The notes: a model not told the origin generated them from the letters alone. 63,772 nucleotides of DNA, filler included, from Globobulimina sp. (GCA_003354225.1; 21 parts of 21 records of this genome joined end to end with filler, not necessarily neighbours in it); one strand, 5' to 3'; numbered from the whole stretch's first letter, positions 9,616 through 21,212 are shown. A program made the numbers and translations.

Positions 9616-11613
9616 TCACCAAAGTCTGGCTGATCTCAATAATTCAATTTTCAATGCATTACTTTTTACACCATCCAATCGATTCACTTCATACTGATGA
9701 CATGCATTTGGTAATATAATTAATATATTCACAATTATATTTCTACATAAATTACATAAACGATAACTACAATTACTACATAAAAATCCTTCCGCATTCT
9801 GATGATTATTTTTACATCCTTCACATGTTGATGCTTTACCAATTGTTCCTTTATATATTGGATGACCACAATGTGGAATATCAAAAACAGGCACATCAAT
9901 GAAAAATAATTCTAATAATTTATAAATTACATGATTTTTGTCTTCACAAATCCTCATTAAAAAACAGAATCCCTGTAATGAAAATATTTTCTTTTCCAAA
10001 CAAATATAATTGAATAATTGTAAAATATAATGTGGGATTTGATTGTTTGTATTATTTCCTGATACTGCTCTTACGTTTTGCATAGTAATTAACATTTTTA
10101 ATACAGTAAATGCTTCGTCTGCTATTACCATATTTAACTCTACGTCACCAACATATCCATCACATATAAATTCCCATAAATGTATCGCTTCTAAAACATG
10201 CCTTAAATTTTCAATTTCATCATTCATTGGTGTGATAAATATAATATTAATAATTAATAATTGATTATAATTACCAAAAAACAATACTTCTTTTTCATTA
10301 TATAACGATATCCAATCAACAGGTAAACATTTTGCTTTATTCCACATTGATCCGTGTTTCCATTTTGATTGTAATTGTAAAATTAAACCGCCATTTCCTG
10401 CAAATGTATTTGCCACAGATATTTCAGTTGTGGTTGATGTGGGAATATTAAAATCTGTACATAATGATTTGAATAAAAATTTACAATTTAATCCACAATA
10501 CAATTTAATCTCATTCTCATTCTCATTCACATATTGAGACACCAATAATCCGTAATATGTAACTGTATCATTTAACCATTTACCAAAATGATAATAATTA
10601 TTACAATGTCTTTCCATGATATCTTTATTGCTTTCGCCAGAGTGTAATTTTCGAAATGATTTTCTAAAATGATCACATAACTGAGCATCATCAGTATAAC
10701 TAATAATAGATATTAGATGTTGTATATTTATCATTCTCTCAGTTTGTTTATGAATTAATTTTTTGGCTTTTTCACATGTCATATATTCTTTGGCTTTTTC
10801 AAACGTATCATTCCATTCATTAATACCAATACAATACATTTCATTATTTAATAATTCTTGTTTAAATGTTGGATATTTTGCTCTTAATAAATCATAATAA
10901 ATAAATGAACCGAATCCATATTCGTTATATCCATATTCGTCATATTTCTCCTCCATTTTATCATCAATTTTTGATTCATTTGCAGCGGACTGAATATTCT
11001 TAAAATTATATTTTTGTTTTCTGTCAATTTGTATTGCATTTTTTTCTTCTTTTCGATGAATATTATGAAATAAATAACAATGTATTTTCTCCATTTCTTT
11101 AATGAGTAACGATTTCCTTTCATGACTTCGTGAACGCGATTCTAAAATATGACAATTTTGGGCTTTTGTACATGAGCCAATTAATTCATTTATAGATTGG
11201 ATATCACGACATTCCATCAAATGAATGGAATCATTGATCAATGTCGTTAATGAATAATCAGATAATTCATCAAATATTTGTTGATAAGTACTCTCTGTGT
11301 GATCACTAAATACATTGCATAATTGTTGTAATCTCATAAATGATTTGCAATTTACTTCACATTTTGATTCGTTAATAATATTTAATTTCCCCGTTGCATC
11401 TTCAAATAATTCTACACTTAGATACTGTGAATTTACTGAATTATCGACACTTACTGGCACTTTCATTGTACTTATTTTTTCCTCCTCCTCTTCAGTAGAT
11501 TTCGATGGCTGTCTTGTAATTGTCGATCCCGTACATATTTTACAAACTGATAACGATTTTTGAGTGATTAAATCTTGAAATCCACACTTTGGACATACCC
11601 AATAGTTATCCAT
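9616..11613 (-). CDS. Zn-finger plus mono-ADP-ribosyltransferase-like multidomain protein (frame is also open upstream to 11958)
   Basis: N-terminal WVCPKC...CKIC (RanBP2-like). ART-like order SYTD...LYCGL...PTSTT....A..FA...G.IL.L...WIS...EKEVLF. C-terminal Cys/His cluster (C.H...CEGC...CSNC...CNLC). Confidence 0.65.
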   Translation of the reverse strand: MDNYWVCPKCGFQDLITQKSLSVCKICTGSTITRQPSKSTEEEEEKISTMKVPVSVDNSVNSQYLSVELFEDATGKLNIINESKCEVNCKSFMRLQQLCNVFSDHTESTYQQIFDELSDYSLTTLINDSIHLMECRDIQSINELIGSCTKAQNCHILESRSRSHERKSLLIKEMEKIHCYLFHNIHRKEEKNAIQIDRKQKYNFKNIQSAANESKIDDKMEEKYDEYGYNEYGFGSFIYYDLLRAKYPTFKQELLNNEMYCIGINEWNDTFEKAKEYMTCEKAKKLIHKQTERMINIQHLISIISYTDDAQLCDHFRKSFRKLHSGESNKDIMERHCNNYYHFGKWLNDTVTYYGLLVSQYVNENENEIKLYCGLNCKFLFKSLCTDFNIPTSTTTEISVANTFAGNGGLILQLQSKWKHGSMWNKAKCLPVDWISLYNEKEVLFFGNYNQLLIINIIFITPMNDEIENLRHVLEAIHLWEFICDGYVGDVELNMVIADEAFTVLKMLITMQNVRAVSGNNTNNQIPHYILQLFNYICLEKKIFSLQGFCFLMRICEDKNHVIYKLLELFFIDVPVFDIPHCGHPIYKGTIGKASTCEGCKNNHQNAEGFLCSNCSYRLCNLCRNIIVNILIILPNACHQYEVNRLDGVKSNALKIELLRSARLW

Positions 11614-12182
11614 TTTAATATAATGGAAAAATGCTATAATTGTGCAATAAATAGCAATGGTGGTCCAATAATAACACAACCAATAATCCTCTATCCTCGA
11701 ATTCCAAGATATTTGATACGCTAAGCCTACTATCATACATATATTTAACCATTCAAATAATATAAAATTAAACATAAATTCTTTAACCGTTTTCCAAATA
11801 TGATAATTAAATTTGTTAATATCAAATACCTCCTCGGAATTAATATTAATTTTCAATAATTCAGCAAAAATCATCAAAAATTGGTACGTTATGCTGAATT
11901 CATAAATTATCAAAACCGAAATTGAAGTGATACAGAACAGTCCAACACAGGTATTCAAAACTGTGACTATTATGTAATTACAAATTTATATTTATAAACC
12001 TAACAAATGAACACCAAAAACAAAATACACATACTTGACATGTTGGTATATATTCCGATAACAACAATTATTAATAAAACAANNNNNNNNNNNNNNNNNN
12101 NNNNNNNNNNNNNNNNNNNNNNNNNNTTAATTAATTAANNNNNNNNNNNNNNNNNNNNNNNNNNNNNNNNNNNNNNNNNNNN

Positions 12183-13364
12183 AGTCTCGGAGATGAATTT
12201 GCTGAGACTCATTGCCACAATGATTTCAAATTAAGTGCAAACAATTGCATGGTGACAAAAACGGAACGCAGCTTCGCAAATGTGTTCTTGTCGAAAGTTG
12301 TGGAGTTTGGTGTTCATCGATGGACATTCAAGTTGAGAGAATTCGGTGGGAATACGGTGGTGATTGGTGTTTGGAAAGCAAATCAAGCAATGGATACGTC
12401 GACGGCTCTTCGCTCCACGTCAGCCAAAGGAAAGTGTTATGGCTACAATCTGAATATGAATGAGTTGACGTATGGCGAGTATGAGAAAAGAATGGCTTAT
12501 GGTTCTGAGGCATCTAAACAAGGCGACATAATTGATATGATATTGGATTTGGATAAATTAGAATTGAGATTTGCTGTCAACAACAAAGAGTATGGCATAG
12601 CACATAAAGTGAAGAAAACACGGTACAGAGCTGTTATCCATGCGTGCGGTGACAATGATTGCATCGAATTAGTGAATTATAATAATAATATAAATAATAT
12701 TAATTTTAATGTGAATGTTGATGATGATGTTAAATGTAATAAATGTGATGTACTATTTAAAGAAACAATGGCTTTAAAACAAACAAATGGAGTATTACGA
12801 CAACATAACGATGAGTTGCGATATGGCATTGCCAACAGCTTAAAACAACGGGATGTGATTAACGAGACACTAAGGACAGAAAATGAAGAATTAAAAGCAA
12901 TAATTATTGAATTACGGGCGGAAAAGAAGGAAGCCAATGGATTGAATATTAAATTAAATGAAGAATGTAAAGATTTGGAGACAGATTTAAATGAAATGAA
13001 AGAAAAATATAAGAAATTATTTAGGAAATGCAAAATTGATGAAAGTGATTATCTGAACTGGGACAGTGATAATATTACAGATTGGATTGTTAATTTGCAT
13101 CAAGAATATGAAGCGTATGAAGAGACATTGCGCGCAAATCTGAAGAAAGAGCAAGTTGATGGAACGTTGTTGCTTGAATTGGATAAGAATGATTTGCATC
13201 GATATGGCATAATTTTATTAAAACATAAGATTGCAATTTGTAAACATATTAAAAGATTCACAGTCAAAACAGAAATGGGATCCGTGCCACAATTGCAACC
13301 ACAACTATTATTACCTCAAAATGAGGAAGGCGATAATAATCACAATATTACATCTTATATCTGA
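12183..13364 (+). CDS. SPRY-like plus coiled-coil plus SAM domain protein, 5'-partial
   Basis: GVHRWTFK...IGVWK...GDIIDMILDLDKLELRFAVN..EYG; heptad region; SAM pattern W....I.DWI......Y......EQVDG.LLLEL...DL...GI....HK. Confidence 0.8.
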   Translation, partial: SLGDEFAETHCHNDFKLSANNCMVTKTERSFANVFLSKVVEFGVHRWTFKLREFGGNTVVIGVWKANQAMDTSTALRSTSAKGKCYGYNLNMNELTYGEYEKRMAYGSEASKQGDIIDMILDLDKLELRFAVNNKEYGIAHKVKKTRYRAVIHACGDNDCIELVNYNNNINNINFNVNVDDDVKCNKCDVLFKETMALKQTNGVLRQHNDELRYGIANSLKQRDVINETLRTENEELKAIIIELRAEKKEANGLNIKLNEECKDLETDLNEMKEKYKKLFRKCKIDESDYLNWDSDNITDWIVNLHQEYEAYEETLRANLKKEQVDGTLLLELDKNDLHRYGIILLKHKIAICKHIKRFTVKTEMGSVPQLQPQLLLPQNEEGDNNHNITSYI

Positions 13365-13434
13365 CTGCATATATTATTGTAATAAATAAATATAATTATA
13401 ATTTAGAAAAAACTTTTTTAGTGAATATCATAGC

Positions 13435-15126
13435 ATGTCAGCTGAAAAACAAAGCGCATCTTTAGATGAAGAAAAGGATGAAAGAACCACGACAGAACTT
13501 GTTGTTGCAGAAAAAGGAGCATTATCAACCAAACCAAAAAGAATGATCGAGAATTTAGGGACAAATCTTGCTATGAATTTTGATGAAGTTGAACATTTTA
13601 TGGAAGCGTTAGTTTTATTAGATTTCGATAATGGTGGCAGTGATGATGAAGAAGTTGTTGATAAAAATGCATTTTGCCGAACCTGTGGTGATAAAATAAA
13701 AGATTTAGAGACATTTCAGAAAAACAAAGACCATCATTGCAAAGAATGTACATCATTGACCTCATTAGGCATATTAAAGAAAAACAAATTAAAATTCACA
13801 ACAGATTTTTATGAATATGTAGTATTTTCAGTTTTATTTTCACCAATAATTTGGATTTGGATCCCATTGTTTGACGCCTCCACTACTTTATATTTAGCAG
13901 TGATTGTAATATATTTAATTGTGGCTTCGCTCGGTCTTACACTGTTTCTTCGGCGTTTAATTCGAGAAAAAGTTATCAGTTTAAATCAAATTCCATTGGG
14001 TCTAATACCAGTCACTAATTATGTGTATATTATGATGATTGCGACTCTTATCCCAAACATATTGATTATTGTAGAAACATTGAGAGTTTACAGTCGAAGA
14101 GATATAAATGTAATATTTGAATGTAGGAATATGTATCGTTATGTCGTTGATACAGCAGACTCTGACTCGACAACAACAACAACTGCCCCACCATTTGGAG
14201 CATTTGAAATTGTGTATGAATATCCGACAGAATGCTTGTTGTACGCACAGTTATTATCAAATGCGATGATTGTGTTTGTTTCGTCTGTTTTAATTAATTT
14301 GCTGATTATGAGGGAGGTAAAATATGATGGTCAGAAATCATGGAAACAATTAAAAAATGACGAGATTCCCGAATGCCACAAATCGTATCAATTTTACCCG
14401 AAACTCGAAAAGCGATATTATGCAATCCATAAATTTAAACGTTCTGCAGGTTTGGTTATATATTTTAAATTTGATGATAAAAAACAATAAAATATGAAAT
14501 AAAATTAAATTAAGTGCCGACAGTGCAAATGTTTTGGAAACGCCATAATAAATTTAGCACAGCGTGGTGGATCGCAGTGTTGCAAACATTATGTACGGGA
14601 ATTTTCTGTCTTATTATTTGTTGCAATGGCTTTTATATTTTAGGAGATGCGTTTATGGATAGATTGGTTGAGCACAAAGCTATGTTGATACCGGTTATAA
14701 TATCCGTAATCACATCGTTTGTGATGTTTAGTTTGTTATTTGTGTCATTTTATGAGTTGTCGTGGGTTTTTCACAAAGCATATGCTGTGATGTCTGTATC
14801 TACGCCGCCATTGAAAGACGCAAATAAATTATATCAAGACATGACAGTTAAATATGAAGTGCATGGCCATGGTGAGGCTAATAATAATAAGGATGTAGCG
14901 GTAAAAGAAGATGACGGTAAAAATGATGAAGTGGTGTTATACGATGAGGAGGATATCAATTTGAATGATATTAAGATTTGGTGGGATTTACGGAGTTATG
15001 CCTTTAGAACTTTAGCATTATTTTATGAAATATCTGATCCAATAATGTCAACATTGGTATTAGCAGTGGTTGGCTTGACTGCGTATTTGTTGTATGAATT
15101 ATATGTTACCTTTGAAGAAGATGTGG
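13435..15126 (+). CDS. Hypothetical multi-pass membrane protein, 2 exons, 3'-partial
   Basis: ORFs 13435 and 14514 join in frame via GT-AG intron 14450-14514. At least 7 hydrophobic segments and an N-terminal CxxC...CxxC. Confidence 0.7.
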
Positions 15127-15642
15127 NNNNNNNNNNNNNNNNNNNNNNNNNNNNNNNNNNNNNNNNNNNNTTAATTAATTAANNNNNNNNNNNNNNNNNN
15201 NNNNNNNNNNNNNNNNNNNNNNNNNNAACCAATAAAAAAAATTCCCAATATACAAACAAAAAAATTTAGAGGAAAAAATGTGATACAAACAAAAAACTGT
15301 CAAATTGCAACTAATCAAAAAAATTGGGTAACCAATAAAAAAAATTCAACAGTTCCTGTGAATGGATCACCCCAATGGAACATAAGCAAGTTTCAACAAT
15401 TTTATGATAAGATAGCTTATATTCCTGTTGTTTATAACACAAACATATTAAGATAATTAATATGTTGCTATTGATGTGACAATAACAAAGTTATCTCAAT
15501 AAAATATTGTCATCAATGTATTTATTTGGGGACGCATTGTTGATTGTTACGCGTTGCTGAAAAGACAATACGCTGCACTGTCAATGAGTTAGAGTTACAC
15601 TTGAAATTAAAAGTTGTTTTTTAGCTCGAACTTCAGATTTCA

Positions 15643-16776
15643 ATGTCCACTTGTAATCGTTTTTGGTATTTACTGGTTGTAATATTACTATTACAATATT
15701 TCCATTGCCAACAAGATGAAGATAGTACAGATGAAAACGCAGACAGAGCTGCAGATATTCATATTGATATTACAGATGAAAACGGTATAAATGAGGAAGT
15801 GATGGAGGAAGAATATGTTATGGATGAAGATATGGAGAGTATGTATTTATTATTAAATAAATTATATACTGCAATAACACATGGCGATGCCAGATATTTT
15901 AACATGATAATAAAACAATTATCAAATTATACATTTTCTCATCTAATCACAGACGAACATATGATGGAAGCAATAGAATCAAACTTTATTCATATCCTCG
16001 ATACAATGCATCTCGTCTCCGAAATATCCATTAAAATCAATGCAAATCCCATGCAAATCATGAACATGAATGACGGCTTATTTTTGATATATAAATCAAT
16101 GATCTCTTTTTTAAAGAAATCCAAATTAAATACATTCATCTCAGACATGTACAGCACCGCTGATTTATATGCACATTCTGCCTCTTTTGTGAACTTATTG
16201 TTCTGTGAAGGCATCTCCTTATCGCTACAATTTCGATTAATAAAAAGCTTAAAATATTTATTAATACCGTCCGTTATGAACAATACCGAGCAATATTACT
16301 GTTTTTCCACTTATCATAACTTAATAAATCAATCTTTCTTTCACATCGCAGCCAAATCCAGAGCCTCCGGCTTTGTTCGTTTATTCTTTCATTTACCCAC
16401 TTCCTTACCGGTCATGAAACATTTACATATAAATAATAAACAATTATTAAACAAAATCAATCGAAATAACCCCATTATTAATCAGCAAATGATCAAGAAA
16501 CGTATGAGCGACATTGATGTATTAATTTTATTAAAAGCAGCATTTAAATTAAATCTCGCGAACGAATGGTTTTTTCGAACAGATATCAATAATAAAAATG
16601 CATTCCATTTATGGATACAGCGCTCACCATTTTATTTAAGATACGTTTATTACCATTCTGTGCTCAGTAAGTTATTTATTACAAATTATCCACATTTAAT
16701 TATTGAGCATCAGTTAAATAATTCTTGTATTTCAATGGGATATATCTCGGAATATTGGCCCATTGTTAACTGGTTT
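15643..16776 (+). CDS. Secreted/ER protein with weak ankyrin-like segments, truncated at a junction with bacterial DNA
   Basis: Signal peptide, acidic stretch, FFHIAA and AFHLW motifs. The last 16 codons of the ORF look like the FlhB C-terminus. Confidence 0.55.
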
Positions 16777-16827
16777 CCAATTCCTGTTGCAAAAGACTTA
16801 CCGATACCTGATGATTTTAGGTATTAG
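16777..16827 (+). CDS. flhB: 3' tip of bacterial flagellar export protein FlhB
   Basis: PIPVAKDLPIPDDFRY* matches the P-rich LPIP.D..Y end of gammaproteobacterial polar-system FlhB and sits directly upstream of flhA, the usual gene order. Confidence 0.65.
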   Translation, partial: PIPVAKDLPIPDDFRY

Positions 16828-16962
16828 CAGTACTCTGAAGTCCCTCCTTAGTACAAGTTGTCATAATCACTTATTCGTATATTTAGTCATTACAGGTAAT
16901 TAGCACGAGTACTGATTACAACGTGATACACGGATAAAACTAAATAAATAGTACTACTTCTT

Positions 16963-16979
16963 TTGGTATGAGAATTGCA
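16963..16979 (+). promoter_or_regulatory. Sigma-54 (-24/-12) promoter of flhA
   Basis: tTGGTATgagaaTTGCA has exact GG-N10-GC spacing ~40 nt before the flhA ATG. flhA is sigma-54 dependent in polar flagellar systems. Confidence 0.75.
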
Positions 16980-17018
16980 GATTCATAACCACTGTCAAAA
17001 AAACATCATGAAGTAGTA

Positions 17019-18169
17019 ATGCAATTAACCGCTTATTTTAATCAGTTTGATAAATCCAAATTACGCCACTTCTCTGGCTTAGGCACGCCATTATTGGTGA
17101 TGGCTGCCTTAGGCATGGTTATTCTGCCAATGCCCGCTTGGTTATTAGATATTTTATTTTCTTTTAACATTGCCCTCTCGCTTGTTGTTTTGCTTATCAC
17201 CGTTTATACGTTAAAACCACTTGAATTTGGCTCCTTTCCGGCTGTTCTCTTAGTTGCAACTATATTGCGCTTAGCGCTAAATGTCGCCAGTACCCGGGTA
17301 GTTTTACTAGAAGGCCACGAGGGCCCTGATGCGGCGGGGCAAGTGATTGAAGCTTTTGGCTCTGTTGTTATTGGCGGTAACTATGCTGTTGGTTTAGTGG
17401 TGTTTTTAATCTTGATCATTATTAACTTTGTTGTTGTTACCAAAGGTGCTGGTCGAATAGCCGAAGTAACTGCACGCTTTACTTTAGATGCTATGCCCGG
17501 TAAACAAATGGCTATTGATGCTGATTTAAATGCTGGTTTTATTACTCAAGAGCAAGCAAAAGAACGCCGTACTGAAGTAACAAGTGAAGCTGATTTTTAT
17601 GGCTCAATGGATGGTGCCAGTAAGTTTGTAAAGGGTGATGCTGTTGCTGGTATTCTTATATTGTTCATTAATATTGTTGGCGGTTTAATTATTGGTATGG
17701 TGCAACATGATTTGTCGTTTGATCGTGCTGTTGAAATATATACTCTACTAACTATTGGTGATGGCCTTGTTGCGCAAATACCAGGTTTATTGTTATCTGT
17801 TGGAACCGCGATTGTTGTTACTCGTCAAAATACTGCTCAAGATATGGGTGAACAAGTTAGCAGCCAATTAGGTCAAGAAAAATCACTTTATATTGCTGCG
17901 GGCGTCATGTTTGTTATGGGCGTTATTCCGGGTATGCCGCATTTTGTTTTTTTACTGTTTGCTGCAATTATTGCTGCCAGTGCGTTCTTTGGTGCTAAAA
18001 ACAAAGAAAGCAAAGCCCTTGAGTTGGAAAAGGTAGCTCAAGATGAACAAGTTCAGCATCAACAAAAAGAAGAAGAAGTTAAAGAGCTCGATTGGGATGA
18101 CGTTAATCATGTCGACGTTATTGGTTTAGAAATAGGTTATCGCTTGATTCCTTTGGTTGATAAGGCTCA
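17019..18169 (+). CDS. flhA: Flagellar biosynthesis protein FlhA (gammaproteobacterial), 3'-partial
   Basis: LRLALNVASTR, GGNYAVG, NFVVVTKGAGRIAEV.ARFTLDAMPGKQMAIDADLNAG, DFYGSMDGASKFVKGDA, LTIGDGLVAQIP, LEIGYRLIPLV. No introns. Confidence 0.97.
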
Positions 18170-18269
18170 NNNNNNNNNNNNNNNNNNNNNNNNNNNNNNN
18201 NNNNNNNNNNNNNTTAATTAATTAANNNNNNNNNNNNNNNNNNNNNNNNNNNNNNNNNNNNNNNNNNNN

Positions 18270-18383
18270 TCCGTTATTTTTGTGTTGTCATATTCTATTT
18301 ATTTTTCAGTTATTTCTGTGTTGTTATATTCTATTTATTTTTCCGTTATTTTTGTGTTGTCATATTCTATTTATTTTTCCGTT
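18270..18383. repeat. 36-bp tandem repeat, about 3.2 copies
   Basis: tccgttatttttgtgttgtcatattctatttatttt repeated head to tail at the contig edge. Confidence 0.9.
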
Positions 18384-18519
18384 TATTATTGTGTGATATT
18401 TATTTTGTGTTTATGTGGTTTTTACGGCATCAGATGTAGATCTTGTTTTTATCCTTGCACACTTTCAGTTTTTTTGTGATTTTTCATGATGAGACTTTTG
18501 TAAGTGAGCCTAGTAATAC

Positions 18520-19270
18520 ATGGATCTTTATAGAGTAGATCGAGATTTGAGTTTAAAGACTCATATGTGGTTTGTAGGCCCTACTCCAGATATGTGTGAT
18601 TTAAAATTCAACAAACAACGAATAGCAGAATGGGGTTATGGCGCATTGTTAGGATCCATACTCACAAAAAAATGTACTAAAAACGGTCGCATTTTAGCCT
18701 TAGAAGCGCTATCTCCTGATAAACGTTATATGAAGTTGCGCCTATCGAGTTATGTCGCACATTGTTATGTATATAATGAATTGCTTGGTGTGTTTGTTTC
18801 TTTGTTTTTTTGTTTTTATTTTAAAATTTCCCTTTTTTTCAGAACAAAAACTTAGACTTGAAAATGAGGAAAATAAATTATTAGCACAGATAGAAGGTGG
18901 TATAAAATCGTTTAATTTATTTTGTTCATCAGCTATGAATGGTTTAGTGTTGGTGACTGAAAATATGGAGGATATGGAGCGTATCGATGATGCCCTTTTG
19001 GGCAAGATTATGAAAATAAAATCAAAATTGGGATACGTCAAAAAACAAATTGAATTGCAATCATATGCAATGGAGATGGAGAGAGTTTTTACTATGCATT
19101 TGGTCACAATTGAAGAACCTGGCGACGATTTTTCGGATGGTTATATTCGCGTTTCAGAAGTAAACAACACAGTTAAATATGTAGGAGAAGAATGGTCAAG
19201 GAGGATATGTATTGCACTGTGTAAAAGTAATAACAATTTGTTTGTTGACCCTATGTCTGGTTTTTGGTAA
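18520..19270 (+). CDS. Hypothetical protein, 2 exons
   Basis: ORFs 18520 and 18752 join in frame via GT-AG intron 18788-18842. The true start may lie elsewhere. Confidence 0.5.
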
Positions 19271-19363
19271 CTAGCTTAGTTTCTCAAAAACAGTAAATTA
19301 TCAAAAAAACTTTGCATCGACTTAATGTCTCGTTCTCATTGATAACTGAAACTGAATAGATAT

Positions 19364-19585
19364 ATGTCAAACGAAAACCAAAGACAGCTTACGTTAACCC
19401 AAATGTTTGATAATGAAGCGAAAGATAACAAAAAAGAGAAACAAAAACATGAGACAAAAGAATTAAAAAAACAAAGACAGCTTACGTTAACACAAATGTT
19501 TGACAAAGAAGAGAAAGGGAAAGATAAGTATGTAAAATATTATGATCAAATCAATAATCTATTTTTTAATATCAATAAAAGATAA
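19364..19585 (+). CDS. Small basic/acidic protein with duplicated QRQLTLTQMFD (PIP-box-like)
   Basis: Direct DNA repeat caaagacagcttacgttaac.caaatgtttga at ~19379 and ~19472. Confidence 0.4.
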   Translation: MSNENQRQLTLTQMFDNEAKDNKKEKQKHETKELKKQRQLTLTQMFDKEEKGKDKYVKYYDQINNLFFNINKR

Positions 19586-19706
19586 TCCATGGAATGAAAC
19601 AAACAAACTAAAATAACACATTTCTTAAAATTGATTGATATTATATCCTTGCACAATGTTAGATGTTCGTAAAATCTAAAAAACTTACTTACTTTCCTAA
19701 GCAGGA

Positions 19707-20081
19707 ATGGATGAGTCAAACAAACAAACATTGGCAGTAAATGACATAAATACCAATAACAGCTCAGTTTAGTATTCTTGCTGCAATAAATTATAAATAA
19801 CTAATATTTAAAAGCATGATCCATCTGCAGAAATTATTGATTTATTGGAAACAATGGTAGAAAAATTAAATGAAAGTATTAGTATTGAAAAACAACAAAA
19901 TCAAAAATTAAAACATACATTATTATTGAAAAACAAGCTTATTAAATTACTGGAAAATGAATTAAAACAAAAAAATCAAAAATTAAATGAATCAAAACAA
20001 CAATATCAAAAATTAAAAAAACATAATACCAATCTTATTACAGAGAGAGAGAAATTAAGAGATATAATTTTAGGCTCTTAA
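19707..20081 (+). CDS. Small coiled-coil protein, 2 exons
   Basis: ATG at 19707; GT-AG intron 19767-19814 joins in frame to the K/E/Q-rich ORF ending at 20081. Confidence 0.45.
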
Positions 20082-20151
20082 AATGACTATATATATATAT
20101 ATTGATTTCTTAGTGTTTTGAAGAAAAACTCACTTGCCCTTCTAAGCAGCA

Positions 20152-21212
20152 ATGGATGAGTCAAAGGAGCGAAAAGTCACAACTGCATCAAGGTCAACAT
20201 CCAGATCTAGATCTAGATCCAGATCCAGATCCAGATCCAGCATGACGTCAAGATCTCATCGTAACAAACGACATCGCAGTCAACCATCACGTAGCAATAG
20301 TAAGTATTTTTCCACTTTTTATTTTCATGCTAGATATATTCACATTTATTAAGAGGAAGAGAAATCATCAGATGAAGAGGAAGAGAAATCATCAGATGAA
20401 GAGGAAGAGAAATCATCGGATTATAATTATATTTTAGACCGAGCCTATGGTTTAGTCATCGGTGCCGCAATTGGAGATTCATGTGGGTCATATCATGAGT
20501 TTTCCAAATATAAACTAAGCAAAAGGCGCTTAGAAAAGGCCATGAAAATGCCAGGTGGTGGCACTTGGGGCGACGACGTAATATCCGGTCAGGTAACGGA
20601 CGATACGGAACTGGCCATATCTTTAGCGTATGCTCTCTGTGCGATGGTATCACAAAAAAATGTATTCAATCAGAAACTGATTGCTGTCGAGTATGCAAAA
20701 TGGAATAACTCTGAGCCATTCGATCAAGGGTTTTGTACTCGGGAAGTTTTGAAACATGCTCCAAATGTAATTGATATGAAGGTGGCGGCCATTAATTATG
20801 ATATTAAAATGGCGAAAAAATACAAATCTGATGGAAACTTGGCTAATGGCTCGTTGATGAGATGTATGCCTTTGATATTATATGGGAGCCGGTTATGTGA
20901 GGAGAAATTAAATTTGTTAATGAAATATGATGCTGAATTAACACATCATAATAAATTTATTTTTTTAGTGAATACATGTTATGCGATTATGGTTATATAT
21001 TTATTAAAATGTAAAAAAAATGAAGCCGACAAACACAGAAACGCTTATAATAAAATGGTGAAATGGTTAACAGAGAAAAGCAAAGAAAGCGAGAATGCGA
21101 GTGTTATATTGAATGATTGGTTGAAATATGTGGATGGCAATGATTTGGAAAAGTTGCAGACAGCGACAGAGTTCAAAGGTTTTGTAAAGATCGCATTTCA
21201 AAGGGTTTGCTT
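20152..21212 (+). CDS. ADP-ribosylglycohydrolase (ARH/DraG family) with N-terminal RS-rich and acidic repeats, 2 exons, 3'-partial
   Basis: After intron 20300-20353: DRAYGLVIGAAIGDSCG...GQVTDDTEL...ANGSLMR..P...AELTH, the ARH signature motifs. Confidence 0.9.

Noticed and set aside
11614-11958. Hydrophobic in-frame extension upstream of the ART-like protein as a true TM N-terminus
   Set aside because: It cannot be distinguished from a chimeric or adjacent gene fragment, and MDNYWVCPKC is a plausible natural start. Left unresolved.
9616-21212. ART-like gene and ADP-ribosylhydrolase as a linked toxin-antitoxin locus
   Set aside because: They are on separate contigs that are close only because of size sorting.
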